From NCBI RefSeq assembly GCF_963921235.1, contig NC_086100.1, forward strand, positions 203,176,001 to 203,240,000: a stretch of DNA of 64,000 nt, read 5' to 3'. The stretch is from Mobula hypostoma (lineage: Eukaryota). Position 1 is the first letter of the stretch. Each line of letters begins with the position of its first letter. Position numbers and translations under genes: made by a program. Of the stretch, positions 1-12,185 are shown one piece after another. The notes beneath the pieces are model-generated. The model had not been told where the DNA came from, searched no databases, and was given only the letters and a program-made list of their open reading frames with translations.

Positions 1-345
1 CATTCGGAGGGTCAGAGGGAGAAAAAGTGAGAGAAAGAATGTGTGCATAAAAATAAGTAACAGATGGGGTACGAGGGGGAGGTGGGGCCTTAGCAGAAGT
101 TAGAGAAGTCGATGTTCATGCCATCAGGTTGGAGGCTACCTAGATGGAATATAAGGTGTTGTTCCTCCAACCTGAGTGTGGCTTCATCTTTACAGTAGAG
201 GAGGCCGTGGATAGACATGTCAGAATGGGAATGGGATGTGGAATTAAAATGTGTGGTCACTGGGAGATCCTGCTTTCTCTGGCGGACAGAGCGTAGATGT
301 TCAGCAAAGCGGTCTCCCAGTCTGCGTCGGGTCTCGCCAATATAT
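1..345 (-). mobile_element. Inverted copy of the Penelope-like element 3' region (GIY-YIG end plus 3' UTR); inverted pseudo-LTR, continues off the window edge
   Basis: Near reverse complement of ~1695-2043. ORF 217..399(+) and ORF 1640..1825(-) translate almost identically (MSEWEWDVELKCV...). Confidence 0.9.
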
Positions 346-359
346 ATAAAAGGCTACCT

Positions 360-2380
360 TATAGTTTCCACACCCCGCACTTCCCGTTTCTACCTCTAAC
401 CAAGATCCACAAACCTGCCTGTCCTGGCCGACCTACTGTCTCAGCTTGCTCCTGCCCCACCGAACTCGTTTCTGCATACCTCGACACGGTTTTATCACCC
501 CTTGTTCAATCCCTTCCGACCTATGTTCGTGACACTTCTCACGCTCTTAAACTTTTCGATGATTTTTTAAGTTCCCTGGCCCCCACCGCTTTATTTTCAC
601 CATGGATGTCCAGTCCTTGTATACTTCCATCCCCCATCAGGAAGGTCTCAAAGCTCTACGCTTCTTTTTGGATTCCAGACCTAATCAATTCCCCTCTACC
701 ACCACTCTGCTCCGTCTAGCGGAATTAGTCCTTACTCTTAATAATTTCTCCTTTGGCTCCTCCCACTTCCTCCAAACTAAAGGTGTAGCTATGGGCACCC
801 GTATGGGTCCTAGCTATGCCTGCCTTTTTGTTGGGTTTGTGGAACAATCTATGTTCCGTGCCTATTCTGGTATCTGTCCCCCACTTTTCCTTCGCTACAT
901 CGACGATTGCATTGGCGCTGCTTCCTGCACGCATGCTGAGCTCGTTGACTTAACTTTGCCTCCAACTTTCACCCTGCCCTCAAGTTTACCTGGTCCATTT
1001 CCGACACCTCCCTCCCCTTTCTAGATCTTTCTGTCTCTGTCTCTGGAGACAGCTTATCCACTGATGTCTACTATAAGCCTACTGACTCTCACAGCTATCT
1101 GGACTATTCCTCTTCTCACCCTGTCTCTTGCAAAAACGCCATCCCCTTCTCGCAATTCCTCCGTCTCCGCCGCATCTGCTCTCAGGATGAGGCTTTTCAT
1201 TCTAGGACGAGAGAGATGTCTTCCTTTTTTAAAGAAAGGGGCTTCTCTTCCTCCACTATCAACTCTGCTCTTAAACGCATCTCCCCCATTTCACGTACAT
1301 CTGCTCTTACTCCATCCTCCCACCACCCCACGAGGAATAGGGTTCCCCTGGTCCTCACCTACCACCCCACCAGCCTCCGAGTCCAACATATTATTCTCCG
1401 TAACTTCCGCCAACTCCAACGGGATCCCACCACTAAGCACATCTTTCCCTCTCCCCCCCCCCCCCCACTCTCTCTGCATTCTGCAGGGATCGCTCCCTAC
1501 GCAACTCCCTTGTCCATTCGTCCCCCCCCCCCATCCCTCCCCACTAATCTCCCTCCTGGCACTTATCCGTGTAAGCGGAACAAGTGCTACACATGCCCCA
1601 TTCAGGGCCCCAAACAGTCCTTCCAGGTGAGGCATCACTTCACCTGTGAGTCGACTGGGGTGATATACTGCGTCCGGTGCTCCCGATGTGGCGTTTATAT
1701 ATTGGTGAGACGCGACGCAGACTGGGAGACCGCTTTGCTGAACATCTACGCTCTGTCCGCCAGAGAAAGCAGGATCTCCCAGTGGCCACACATTTTAATT
1801 CCACATCCCATTCCCATTCTGACATGTCTATCCACGGCCTCCTCTACTGTAAAGATGAAGCCACACTCAGGTTGGAGAAACAACACCTTATATTCCGTCT
1901 GTGTAGCCTTCAACCTGATGGCATGAACATCGACTTCTCTAACTTCCGCTAAGGCCCCACCTCCCCCTCGTACCCCATCTGTTACTTATTTTTATGCACA
2001 CATTCTTTCTCTCACTCTTTTTCTCCCACTGTCCCTCTGAATATACCCCTTGCCCATCCTCTGGGTCTCCCCCGCCCCCCTTGTCTTTCTTCCCGGACCT
2101 CCTGTCCCATGATCCTCTCATATCCCCTTTTGCCTATCACCTGTCCAGCTCTCGGCTCTATCCCTCCCCCTCTTGTCTTCTCCTATCATTTTGGATCTCC
2201 CCCTCCAACTTTCAAATCCCTTACTCACTCTTCCTTCAGTTAGTCCTGACGAAGGGTCCCGGCCTGAAACGTCGACTGCGCCTCTTCCTATATATGCTGC
2301 TTGGCCTGCTGCGTTCACCAGCAACTTTGATGTGTGTTGCTTGAATTTCCAGCATCTGCAGAATTCCTGTTGTTTGCGTT
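360..2380 (+). mobile_element. Penelope-like retroelement (Neptune-type), 5'-truncated and frameshifted RT + GIY-YIG endonuclease, with 3' UTR
   Basis: RT motifs across frames: PGRPTVS, MDVQSLYTSIP, QTKGVAMGTRMGPSYACLF, LRYIDD. Cys linker CKRNKCYTC. GIY-YIG motifs VIYCVRCSRC...LYIGETRRRLGDRFAEH. Stop at 1952, then a pyrimidine-rich 3' UTR. Confidence 0.93.
2241..2278 (+). ncRNA. Minimal type-I hammerhead ribozyme in the PLE 3' UTR
   Basis: tagtc-CTGACGA-agggtcccggcct-GAAA-cgTC-gactg. Stem I agtc/gact, stem II agg/cct, minimal stem III. Predicted cleavage after C2273. Confidence 0.85.
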
Positions 2381-2381
2381 T

Positions 2382-2776
2382 AATTGTTTCTACAGGGTCG
2401 TATGCGAAGCCCCAGGGGACAGTCTCCAAACAGGCCACCACACTCACTGTCCCGATCACCACAGCCGCCGTTCTCTCGGTGCAATATTTTGTTTTCAGCT
2501 TCTCACAGCAAATAGCCACAAATCGATCGACGGTGAAAGCGACAGTCAGCCAGACTGAGGCCGCCGTGCTCGCTAACATCAACCACGCACAGAATCTGCA
2601 CACAGGAGTGATGAACAGGAATGATCGGGGGAAATAAACCCGAGCAGTCCCCCTCAGCAGCGGATGCGAGATAACGACCAGGAGATCGGCCGCTGCCGTT
2701 CCCACCAGGTAGCGAGTGACACATTTGGAGAGACCGCACTTTCCCCGGGACAGGATCACAATCGCCACCAAGTTCA
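2382..2776 (-). pseudogene. GPR139-like GPCR copy 1, exon 2 (TM1-TM4/ECL2), interrupted by the Penelope element
   Basis: Acceptor ctcttccAG|TG at 2776. Translation NLVAIVILSRGKCGLSKC...VDRFVAICC...VPWGFAYDPVETI, then an abrupt switch into PLE sequence. Confidence 0.88.
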
Positions 2777-3182
2777 CTGGAAGAGAGACAGGGAACAGCA
2801 AGTTCAGAAAATACTGAACAGAAGCCAATGCAGCAGTTTGAGTGGATCCTGTAATATTTCCACTTTATTGTTACGTTTCGTCGTGGGAGGGCCGAGAGAG
2901 GGCGCAGAGCTGGCGGGGACAGAGAAGGAATTTACACAGTAAAATAAAGTCAATACGATCTGAATATGGATTCCTTACTGATGACCGAAATGTGAAGTGA
3001 CAGCGGAAAGCTAAAACTGGGTAACTACCTCCTCAGGGTCGATACTGGATGGAACAATTCCTACCGGCGCCTTCCGCTTCTCTTCTGGTTGAAATCTGGA
3101 CGCTGATGGCGGGAGTCTTCCTTTAGACAATCATCAACTTACATGGCGATCCCTGTCAGCGACAGAACAGCCGAAGGTCGGA

Positions 3183-3362
3183 ACAAAAACAGGAAATGTT
3201 GGAAACACTCATCCAGGCGAAACAGAATATGTGGAAAATAGTTAAAGTATCTCTCCTCAGAATTGATCTCAGGGAGACCCCTGACACAAGTGTTAACCGG
3301 TTTCTCTTCGCATACAAGCTGCTTGGGGCTCAGTGTTTCCAGCGTTCTCCGAGTTTGTTTCC
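3183..3362. repeat. Old foldback element derived from PLE 3' ends, in the GPCR intron; paralog at ~23838-24018
   Basis: Imperfect inverted arms (aaatgttggaaacact... / ...agtgtttccagcgtt) resembling the PLE terminal sequence at 2300-2375. Confidence 0.55.
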
Positions 3363-4143
3363 TATTCCGGAATTTGCCACCTCGCTGACTTTACAACAGA
3401 ACATTGACTGATTCCAACACCGCAGTCTGACACAACCTCACAGACAGACATGACGCCTCCCACTGAGCCCATCACAGGGAAGCGGGGAGAGGAATTCAAA
3501 CTCGGCGCCGCAGTCAGATGTCCGGAACAGTGTCAGATGTAGATATAATATAAAACATTTCACAGTATTGATAACTGAGACACCACAGCGGGTGTGTTAA
3601 TTGACTCAGCGTCGACTTCATTGTGTTGTCCATCATCTGCTTTATATTCAGTCATATCTCAGACATTTACTGAAAATCCACAACAGTTTCGTGTTACAAC
3701 ACGGAACTCCTCACATTCGTTAAAGTGTTACTGCAGTCGATGGTTTGATTGTTGCTCCGAAGTAGACAATCACTCACATTCAAGTGCAGACGATCAATTG
3801 GCATAAGCTCCGCGGGTTGTATAAACACAATATCTGCAAGTGAAGTGCAGCTTCGGCAAGACCAAAAGCAGAGAGGCGAACATCCCATTATTAATCACAA
3901 ACCGCTGGAAGAACGCTGCCTGACCCGCTCAGTCCCACAGAAACTGGCTGATTCGCTAAACTCCTGCAGCGGTTTGTTTTTAGATCCAAATCCTAGCATC
4001 TATAGTCCCGGTGTTTCCACACCATTCTTGAAATGCGGAATACCGGGACTAGAACGTGAGAGTTTAAACCAGCGGCAGAATCAATCAACATCATTGAGAT
4101 TAAACGTCAACATCCACCCACGGCAGCTGACACCGCGGCTTAC

Positions 4144-4213
4144 CGAGAATTCCAAAGGCTGAAATAAAAGGAGAGTAAACGTTTTCTATCCGCCAGATGA
4201 CCGGATACACCAT
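4144..4213 (-). pseudogene. GPR139-like GPCR copy 1, coding exon 1
   Basis: ATG at 4213 encodes MVYPVIWRIENVYSPFISAFGIL+G, followed by donor GTAAGC. 70 nt, phase 1, compatible with the acceptor at 2776. Confidence 0.88.
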
Positions 4214-4642
4214 TTCAGCGTGAATCTGTGATTTCTGTTGCTCCTGGATACACAGCTCCGGCAGACAGCCGATGCATTCAAAGCGGCCCTGATTTATACA
4301 GAGGAACTGTCTCCAGAGATACGGTGATACACCTCACTAACTTTCTTAGGTACAGTTGCTTGAACAAACACTTTAATTCAATACCATCGTCTGTATGGTA
4401 ACTATTGGGGCGATTGGTTACAAATACATCAAAATTCTTTGGCATTACCTCAGCAGTGTCTCTGCTGGACACAGGCCGGTAGATTACTTTCAAAGACAGC
4501 TTTGTCACGAAGCAGCAACACTTACAGATTTCATCTTTTTTGTTGGTTAATTATTCATCTCTGAATGGAGACCAACGACACTTTTCCATGTTGTCCCTGC
4601 ATTTTCCCATTTCCTTCAGTCCTGCAGCTTCTTCCCGGTGAC

Positions 4643-4691
4643 ACACTAACACACACACACACACAGACAGACACACTCACACAGACAGACA

Positions 4692-4722
<31 letters not shown>
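4643..4722. repeat. (CA)n/(CAGA)n microsatellite upstream of GPCR copy 1
   Basis: Direct sequence. Same position as the long CA tract upstream of copy 2. Confidence 0.95.
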
Positions 4723-4727
<5 letters not shown>

Positions 4728-5504
4728 CAATTGCACAAATATATTTCTATGTTATAGTGACTCCTGTTATGCATATTATTTATCATAGGTTACTATACAT
4801 TGAACATTGCACATTTAGACAGAGACATAAGGTGCAGATTTTTACTTCGCATGTATATGAAGGATGTAAGTAATGAAGTCAATACAATATGTAATTCACA
4901 AACAGATTCGAACAAAGCTACAATAGAGAGAGCGAGGTCGGGATGGAAACGGTAAAATGAGCACTTTGCTAATGTACAAACACTAGAAAATCTGAAGATG
5001 TTGTCAATCCGGGGCTACAAGGTACTCTGCTGAGTTTCTCCAGCACTTCCTGTGTCATGTTGCTGATGTAACAGTCTTTAATGAGTATCTCAAATCTGTC
5101 AAGGGTCAAAAGAAATCGAGAATAAATATTTCAGTCTGCAAAGGAATGGGCTGACTGTTAAATAATACAGAAAAACAATACTGGAAATTAGCAGATGAAT
5201 AGGTGCATTGAGGCTGCAAATGAACATGAGAAAGACAAGCGTGAGGTAAATTGTTAGAAGTAAGACAGAGAGAGAGAGACAGCGAGAGGGAGGCCGATAG
5301 GCAAACTGAGAAATAGATAGGTCAAGCAGGCAGAAAGACAGCCAGAAACAGATGCATAGATTGCAGGATTGTGGTGTTCCTCCTGTGTCTCCTAGTCTTT
5401 GGTACAGTGTGGGAATGTGGGGTTCATTTTGTACCTGTCGGTCTATGATGCATTGTGATAGTGTGGGGTTCACTGTGTACCTGTCAGTCTATGATACAGT
5501 GTGA

Positions 5505-5997
5505 TACTGCACAGGACCGAAAGAAGCACAGAAGGTTCTAAATATAGTCAGCTCTATCTTGTACACTAGCCTGCAAAGTACCCAGGACATCTCCAGGGAG
5601 TGGTGTCTCAGAAAGGCAGCGCTCATTATTAAGGACGTCCAGCACCCAGGGCATGCCCTTTGTCACTGTTACATCAGGTAGGAGGTACAGAAGCCTGAAG
5701 GCACACAGTCAGCGATTCAGGAACAGCTTCTTCCTCTCTACCATTCGATTCTCAAACAGACATGAAATCTTTGGAAATACCTCACTTTTTAAAAATACGT
5801 TATTTCTGATTTTGCATGTTTCTTAAATCATTCAATACAGTCATACTGCAATTGATTTACATTTTTATTGAGTATCATTATTTTTTTTATATTCTTTATT
5901 ATTTGTTTTCTTCTCTTCTCGATTATGTATTGGATTGACCTGCTGCTGCAAAGTTAACAAATTTTACGTCACATGCCGGTGAAAATAACTGATTCTG
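5505..5997 (+). mobile_element. Rex1/Babar-type LINE 3' fragment
   Basis: aggcagcgctcattattaaggac...caggtaggaggtacagaagcctgaag...ttcaggaacagcttctt. The same tail recurs at ~39770-40880. Confidence 0.65.
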
Positions 5998-6212
5998 AGA
6001 GTGTGGGGTTTATTCTGTACCTGTCAGTTTATGCTTCCGTGTGAGAGGGTTTAGTTCATTGTGTATCAGTCAAATCACTGTGTAAAGAATTGCTTTCTGA
6101 TGTTCTTCTGAAATCTCTCTTTAACTAGTCTCCATGTTTCCTTATTGATGGATTAATTTTGAATCAGCATCCAACTCAACTCTACCCTTAATGATTCTGA
6201 ACACTTCTAACC

Positions 6213-7740
6213 ATAGAAATATAGAAACATAGAAAACCTACAGCACAATTCAGGCCCTTCGGCCCACAAAGTTGTCCCGAACATGTCCCTGCCTTAGAAA
6301 TTACTAGTCTTACTTATAGCCCTCTAGTTTTCTAAGCTGCATGTACCTATCCAAGAGTCTCTCAAAAGACCCTGTTGTATCTGCCTCCACCACCGTCACT
6401 GGCAGCCCATTTCACGCATTCACCACTCTCTGAGTAAAACACTTACCCCTGACATCTCCTCTGTACCTACTCCCCAGCACCTGCAACCTGTGTCTTCTTG
6501 TGGCAGCAATTTCAGCCCTGGGAAAAAACCTCTGACTATCCACACGATCAATGCCTCTCATCATCTTATACACCTCTATCAGGTCACCTCTCATCCTCTG
6601 TCGCTCCAAGGAGAAAAGGCCGAGTTCTCTCAACCTATTCTCATGAGGCATGCTCCCCAATCCAGGCAACGTCCTTGTAAATCTCCTTTGCACCCTTTCT
6701 ATGTCTTCCACATCCTTCCTGTAGTGAGGAGACCAGAACTGAGCACAGTACCCCAAGTGGGGTCTGAACAGGTTCCTATATAGATGCAGAATTACCTCTC
6801 GGCTCCTAAATTCGATTCCACAATTGATGAAGGTCAATACACCGTACTCCTTCTTAACCACAGAGTCAACCTGCGCAGAGGCTTCGAGCGACCTATGGAC
6901 TCGGACCCCAAGATCCCTCTGATCCTCCACACTGCCAAGAGTCTTAATATGAATATTATATTCTACCATCATATTTGACCAACCAAAATGAACCACTTGA
7001 CACTTATCTGGATTGAACTCCACCTGCAGCTTCTCAGCCAAGTTTTTCATCCTATCAATGTCCCGCTGTAACATCTGACAGCCCTCCACACTATCCACAA
7101 CAGCTCCAACTTTTGTGTCGTCAGCAAACTTATTAACCCATCACTCCACTTCCTCATCAAGGTCATTTATAAAAATCACGAAGGATATGGTCCACATAAC
7201 AAATCCCTGAGGCACTCTACTGGTCACCGACCTCCATGCAGAATATGACCCATCTACAACCACTCTTTGCCTTCTGTGGGCAAGCCAGTTTTGGATTCAC
7301 AAAGCAAAGTCCCCTTGGATCCCATGCCTCTTTACTTTCTCAATAAACCTTGCATGGGTTACGTTATCAAATGCCTTGCTGAAATCCATATACATTACAT
7401 CTACTGCTCTTCCTTCATTAATGTCACATCCTCAGAAAATTCAGTCAGGCCCATAAGGCACGACCTGCCTTTGACAAAGCCATGCTGACTATTTCTAATC
7501 ATATTATACCTCTCCAAATGTACATAAGTCCTGTCTTTTCGGATCCTCGCCATCAACTTACCAACCACTGAAGTAAGACTCACTGGTCTATAATTTTCTG
7601 GGCTATCTCTACTCCCCTTCTTGAATAAGGGAACAATATCTGCAACCCTCCAATCCTCTGGAACCTCTCCTATCCCCATTGATGATGCAAAGATCATTGC
7701 CAGAGGCTCAGCAATCTCCTCCTCGCATCCCGCAATAGCC
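6213..7740 (-). mobile_element. CR1 LINE, 5'-truncated, degenerate RT
   Basis: ORFs 7401..7697 ([26 protein letters not shown]) and 6412..7098 (RPHLGYCAQFWSP, QRVVNA). (TTTCTATG)n-type tail at ~6213-6235. Confidence 0.9.
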
Positions 7741-7779
7741 TATTGTCATATGTCCTCCCATTAAATGTCAGCTCATGCC

Positions 7780-8800
7780 AAATAGATTCAATTCTCTGAA
7801 TCTTTCTGCATCGCTCACAGCCTGCAATCCTGCAATAACAATAGTCGCCCTTCTCTGATCTCTTTCCAGTGCCTTCACATCCCTTACAAAATATTGAGAT
7901 CCGAAATGTACCCAGTTCTCAAGGCGTGGCCTCACAAGTGCATGAAACAGCTGAAGAAGACGTCTCCAGCTCTGAACTCCTCTGAGCGCATTGTATAGCC
8001 AGACATTACATGAGCCTTCCGAATTGCTTCAGTGCATTGCCTAGATGTTGACAGTGATGTCTTCCAGGAGACTCAAATCCTGCACTTTCTTACTCAAGAT
8101 TCCCATTGTATATTTATATCTAATACTTCTACCTCCTAAATGTAATATTTTACACTTACTTACATTAAATTTCACCTGTTATTTATCTGCCCACCTCAGG
8201 ATTTTGTTTAGACCTACCTGTATTGATTATGCTGCCTGAATGTTATTTGCCCGTCTCTAATTCTGTGACATCTGCAAACTTAGCTAGTTTATTTGTTCTG
8301 TGCTTATCCAAATCATTAATGTAAATAAAAGCAGCAGCAATCCTAAAACTGATTCTTGTAGAACATCTTCCGGGTGTGAAAATGATCCTCTCACCATAAC
8401 GCTTTCCTTTCCTTTCTGTTTTTGAGCCAATTCTCCTCACATTCGTATTCCATACCCTGCATCCCTACCTCCTGTAATTTGAATATCAACCTCTTCTGTG
8501 GTACCTTCTCAAGATCCTTCTGAAGCCCCAGTAAATGATACCACCTCTTTCTTGTTATGATAAATTTTATTTTCCTCTTCATAGACCTGCAACATATTAG
8601 TAAGACATGATTTACCCTTTCTGAACCCATGCTGCCTTCCTGCTGACAGAAAAGGAAAAGTACATTGCATCCGGAGTTTCTCCAGTTAGCACCGACACCA
8701 ATCCCTGCGGAACACCACTAGTCACTGGCAGTCATCCGGGCAAGGATCCTTTTATTCCCACTCTCTGCACCCCTGTTCTTATCAGATGCTTTTCCAACTC
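7780..8800 (-). mobile_element. Old degenerate CR1/L2-type RT remnants
   Basis: FIYINDLD...KFADVTEL (ORF 8243..8440) and a GIKGSLPG...SGVPQG-like remnant. Confidence 0.65.
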
Positions 8801-9123
8801 TGTGTTTATTAATGTTGCTCTTATCGTACTCACTATGCACACTGATCTTACTGGTGAGCAGTTAAAAGGGTCACCCCTCTTACATATCAGGAAAATGTTA
8901 GCCCATTTCAAGTCATTAAAGGCTTCATCAATCTTCACAGAGTTTTGAAAAATTCTTGTTATGTGTTTGTATTTTTAATCATAGACTTCTTTAAGTACCC
9001 TTGGAGATATGTTGTCCGACACTGAGATTTATTAACTTTCAACCTTTTCAGCTGAAGCAGGACCTTACTTACTAGGATCTCTGAATCAGCTCAAGCAACT
9101 TTATTTTTAACATATTTTAACAT

Positions 9124-12100
9124 AGTTCACAACAGAGGGATGGGAACCAGTGCAGAGAGACAGAGGGGTGTAAAGTGAGCGTAGAAGCAAAAAGTACAAA
9201 GGGGAAAAGTAAAAGTGGCAGGCCGACAAATCCAGGGCAAGCATTAAAAAGGGCTAAGAGAGTTGTAAAAGAGTGCCTGAAGGCTTTATGTGTCAATGCA
9301 AGGAGCATTCATAATAAGGTGGATGAATTGAAAGTGCAGATTGTTATTAATGATTATGATATAGTTGGGATCACAGAGACATGGCTCCAGGGTGACCAGG
9401 GATGGGAGCTCAACGTTCAGGGATATTCAATATTCAGGAGGGATAGACATGAAGGAAGGGGAGGTGGGGTGGCATTGCTGGTTAAAAAAGAGATTAACGC
9501 AATAGAAAGGAAGGACATAAGCCGGGAAGATGTGGAATCGATATGGGTAGAGCTGCGTAACACTAAGGGGCAGAAGACGCTGGTGGGAGTTGTGTACAGG
9601 CCACCTAACAGTAGCAGTGAGGTCGGAGATGGTATTAAACAGGAAATTAGAAATGTGTGCAATAAAGGAACAGCAGTTATAATGGGTGACTTCAATCTAC
9701 ATGTAGACTGGGTGAACCAAATTGGTAAAGGTGCTGAGGAAGAGGATTTCTTGGAATGTATGCGGGATGGTTTTTTGAACCAACATGTCGAGGAACCGAC
9801 TAGAGAGCAGGCTATTCTGGACTGGGTTTTGAGCAATGAGGAAGGGTTAATTAGCGATCTTGTCGTGAGAGGCCCCTTGGGTAAGAGTGACCATAATATG
9901 GTGGAATTCTTCATTAACATGGAGAGTGACGTAGTTAATTCAGAAACAAAGGTTCTGAACTTAAAGAGGGGTAACTTTGAAGGTATGAGACGTGAATTAG
10001 CTAAGATAGACTGGCAAATGACACTTCAAGGATTGACGGTGGATATGCAATGGCAGGCATTTAAAGGTTGCATGGATGAACTACAACAATTGTTCATCCC
10101 AGTTTGGGAAAAGAATAAATCAAGGAAGGTAGTGCACCCGTGGCTGACAAGAGAAATTAGGGATAGTATCAATTCCAAAGAAGTAGCATACAAATTAGCC
10201 AGAGAAAGTGGCTCACCTGAGGACTGGGAGAAATTCAGAGTTCAGCAGAGGAGGACAAAGGGCTTAATTAGGAAGGGGAAAAAAGATTATGAGAGAGAAC
10301 TGGCAGAGAACATAAAAACGGACTGTAAAAGCTTTTATAGATATGTAAAAAGGAAAAGACTGATAAAGACAAATGTAGGTCCCCTGCAAACAGAAACAGG
10401 TGAATTGATTATGGGGAGCAAGGACATGGCAGACCAATTGAATAATTACTTTGGTTCTGTCTTCACTAAGGAGGACATAAATAATCTTCCAGAAATAGTA
10501 AGGGACAGAGGGTCCAGTGAGATGGAGGAACTGAGCGAAATACATGTTAGTAGGGAAGTGGTGTTGGGTAAATTGAAGGGATTGAAGGCAGATAAATCCC
10601 CAGGGCCAGATGGTCTGCATCTCAGAGTGCTTAAGGAAGTGGCCCAAGAAATAGTGGATGCATTAGTGATAATTTTTCAAAACTCGTTAGATTCTGGACT
10701 AGTTCCTGAGGATTGGAGGGTGGCTAATGTAACCCCACTTTTTAAAAAAGGAGGGAGAGAGAAACCGGGGAATTATAGGCCGGTTAGCCTAACGTCGGTG
10801 GTGGGGAAACTGCTGGAGTCAGTTATCAAGGATGTGATAACAGCACATTTGGAAAGCGGTGAAATGATCGGACAAAGTCAGCATGGATTTGTGAAAGGAA
10901 AATCATGTCTGACGAATCTCATAGAATTTTTTGAGGATGTAACTAGTAGAGTGGATAGGGGAGAACCAGTGGATGTGGTATATTTGGATTTTCAAAAGGC
11001 TTTTGACAAGGTCCCACACAGGAGATTAGTGTGCAAACTTAAAGCACACGGTATTGGGGGTAAGGTATTGGTGTGGGTGGAGAATTGGTTAGCAGACAGG
11101 AAGCAAAGAGTGGGAATAAACGGGACCTTTTCAGAATGGCAGGCGGTGACTAGTGGGGTACCGCAAGGCTCAGTGCTGGGACCCCAGTTGTTTACAATAT
11201 ATATTAATGACTTGGATGAGGGAATTAAATGCAGCATCTCCAAGTTTGCGGATGACACGAAGCTGGGTGGCAGTGTTAGCAGTGAGGAGGATGCTAAGAG
11301 GATGCAGGGTGACTTGGATAGGTTGGGTGAGTGGGCAAACTCATGGCAGATGCAATTTAATGTGGATAAATGTGAAGTTATCCACTTTGGTGGCAAAAAT
11401 AGGAAAACAGATTATTATCTGAATGGTGGCCGATTAGGAAAAGGGGAGGTGCAACGAGACCTGGGTGTCATTATACACCAGTCATTGAAAGTGGGCATGC
11501 AGGTACAGCAGGCGGTGAAAAAGGCGAACGGTATGCTGGCATTTATAGCGAGAGGATTCGAGTACAGGAGCAGGGAGGTACTACTGCAGTTGTACAAGGC
11601 CTTGGTGAGACCACACCTGGAGTATTGTGTGCAGTTTTGGTCCCCTAATCTGAGGAAAGACATCTTTGCCATAGAGGGAGTACAAAGAAGGTTCACCAGA
11701 TTGATTCCTGGGATGGCAGGTCATTCATATGAAGAAAGACTGGATGAACTGGGCTTGTACTCGTTGGAATTTAGAAGATTGAGGGGGGATCTGATTGAAA
11801 CGTATAAGATCCTAAAGGGATTGGACAGGCTAGATGCGGGAAGATTGTTCCCGATGTTGGGGAGGTCTAGAACGAGGGGTCACAGTTTGAGGATAGAGGG
11901 GAAGCCTTTTAGGACCGAGGTTAGGAAAAACTTCTTCACACAGAGAGTGGTGAATCTGTGGAATTCTCTGCCACAGCAAACTGTTGAGGCCAGTTCATTA
12001 GCTATGTTTAGAAGGAAGTTAGATATGGCCCTTGTGGCTACAGGGGTCAGGGGGTATGGAGGGAAGGCTGGGTTCTGAGTTGGATGATCAGCCATGATCA

Positions 12101-12185
12101 TAATAAATGGCGGTGCAGGCTCGAAGGGCCGAATGGCCTACTCCTGCACCTATTTTCTATGTTTCTATGTTTCTATGTTTCTATG
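9124..12185 (+). mobile_element. Young CR1 LINE, 5'-truncated within the ORF1 tail, with complete ORF2, (TTTCTATG)n tail and 9-bp TSD
   Basis: TSD ttttaacat at 9115-9123 and 12186-12194. About four octamer tail units at 12154-12185. Confidence 0.95.
9175..12078 (+). CDS. CR1 ORF2: APE endonuclease + reverse transcriptase, uninterrupted (967 aa)
   Basis: EN motifs NARSI, GITETW, VYRPP, MGDFN, LDWVL, SDH. RT motifs KSPGPDG, NYRPVSLTS, LDFQKAFD, GVPQGSVLGP, FADD. Confidence 0.95.
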   Translation: MSVEAKSTKGKSKSGRPTNPGQALKRAKRVVKECLKALCVNARSIHNKVDELKVQIVINDYDIVGITETWLQGDQGWELNVQGYSIFRRDRHEGRGGGVALLVKKEINAIERKDISREDVESIWVELRNTKGQKTLVGVVYRPPNSSSEVGDGIKQEIRNVCNKGTAVIMGDFNLHVDWVNQIGKGAEEEDFLECMRDGFLNQHVEEPTREQAILDWVLSNEEGLISDLVVRGPLGKSDHNMVEFFINMESDVVNSETKVLNLKRGNFEGMRRELAKIDWQMTLQGLTVDMQWQAFKGCMDELQQLFIPVWEKNKSRKVVHPWLTREIRDSINSKEVAYKLARESGSPEDWEKFRVQQRRTKGLIRKGKKDYERELAENIKTDCKSFYRYVKRKRLIKTNVGPLQTETGELIMGSKDMADQLNNYFGSVFTKEDINNLPEIVRDRGSSEMEELSEIHVSREVVLGKLKGLKADKSPGPDGLHLRVLKEVAQEIVDALVIIFQNSLDSGLVPEDWRVANVTPLFKKGGREKPGNYRPVSLTSVVGKLLESVIKDVITAHLESGEMIGQSQHGFVKGKSCLTNLIEFFEDVTSRVDRGEPVDVVYLDFQKAFDKVPHRRLVCKLKAHGIGGKVLVWVENWLADRKQRVGINGTFSEWQAVTSGVPQGSVLGPQLFTIYINDLDEGIKCSISKFADDTKLGGSVSSEEDAKRMQGDLDRLGEWANSWQMQFNVDKCEVIHFGGKNRKTDYYLNGGRLGKGEVQRDLGVIIHQSLKVGMQVQQAVKKANGMLAFIARGFEYRSREVLLQLYKALVRPHLEYCVQFWSPNLRKDIFAIEGVQRRFTRLIPGMAGHSYEERLDELGLYSLEFRRLRGDLIETYKILKGLDRLDAGRLFPMLGRSRTRGHSLRIEGKPFRTEVRKNFFTQRVVNLWNSLPQQTVEASSLAMFRRKLDMALVATGVRGYGGKAGF

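Noticed and set aside
2118..2828. 236-aa ORF as a complete GPCR or GPCR-PLE fusion protein
   Set aside because: Its N-terminus is intron sequence upstream of the acceptor and its C-terminus is antisense PLE UTR.
2978..2995. CTGATGA-cc-GAAA motif in the GPCR intron as another hammerhead
   Set aside because: There is no room for stem II, no cleavage triplet or stem I, and it is not conserved in the paralog.
9417..12101. Antisense ORFs within CR1, repeated at 46.6-49.4 kb
   Set aside because: Shadow frames of ORF2; their recurrence only reflects element copy similarity.
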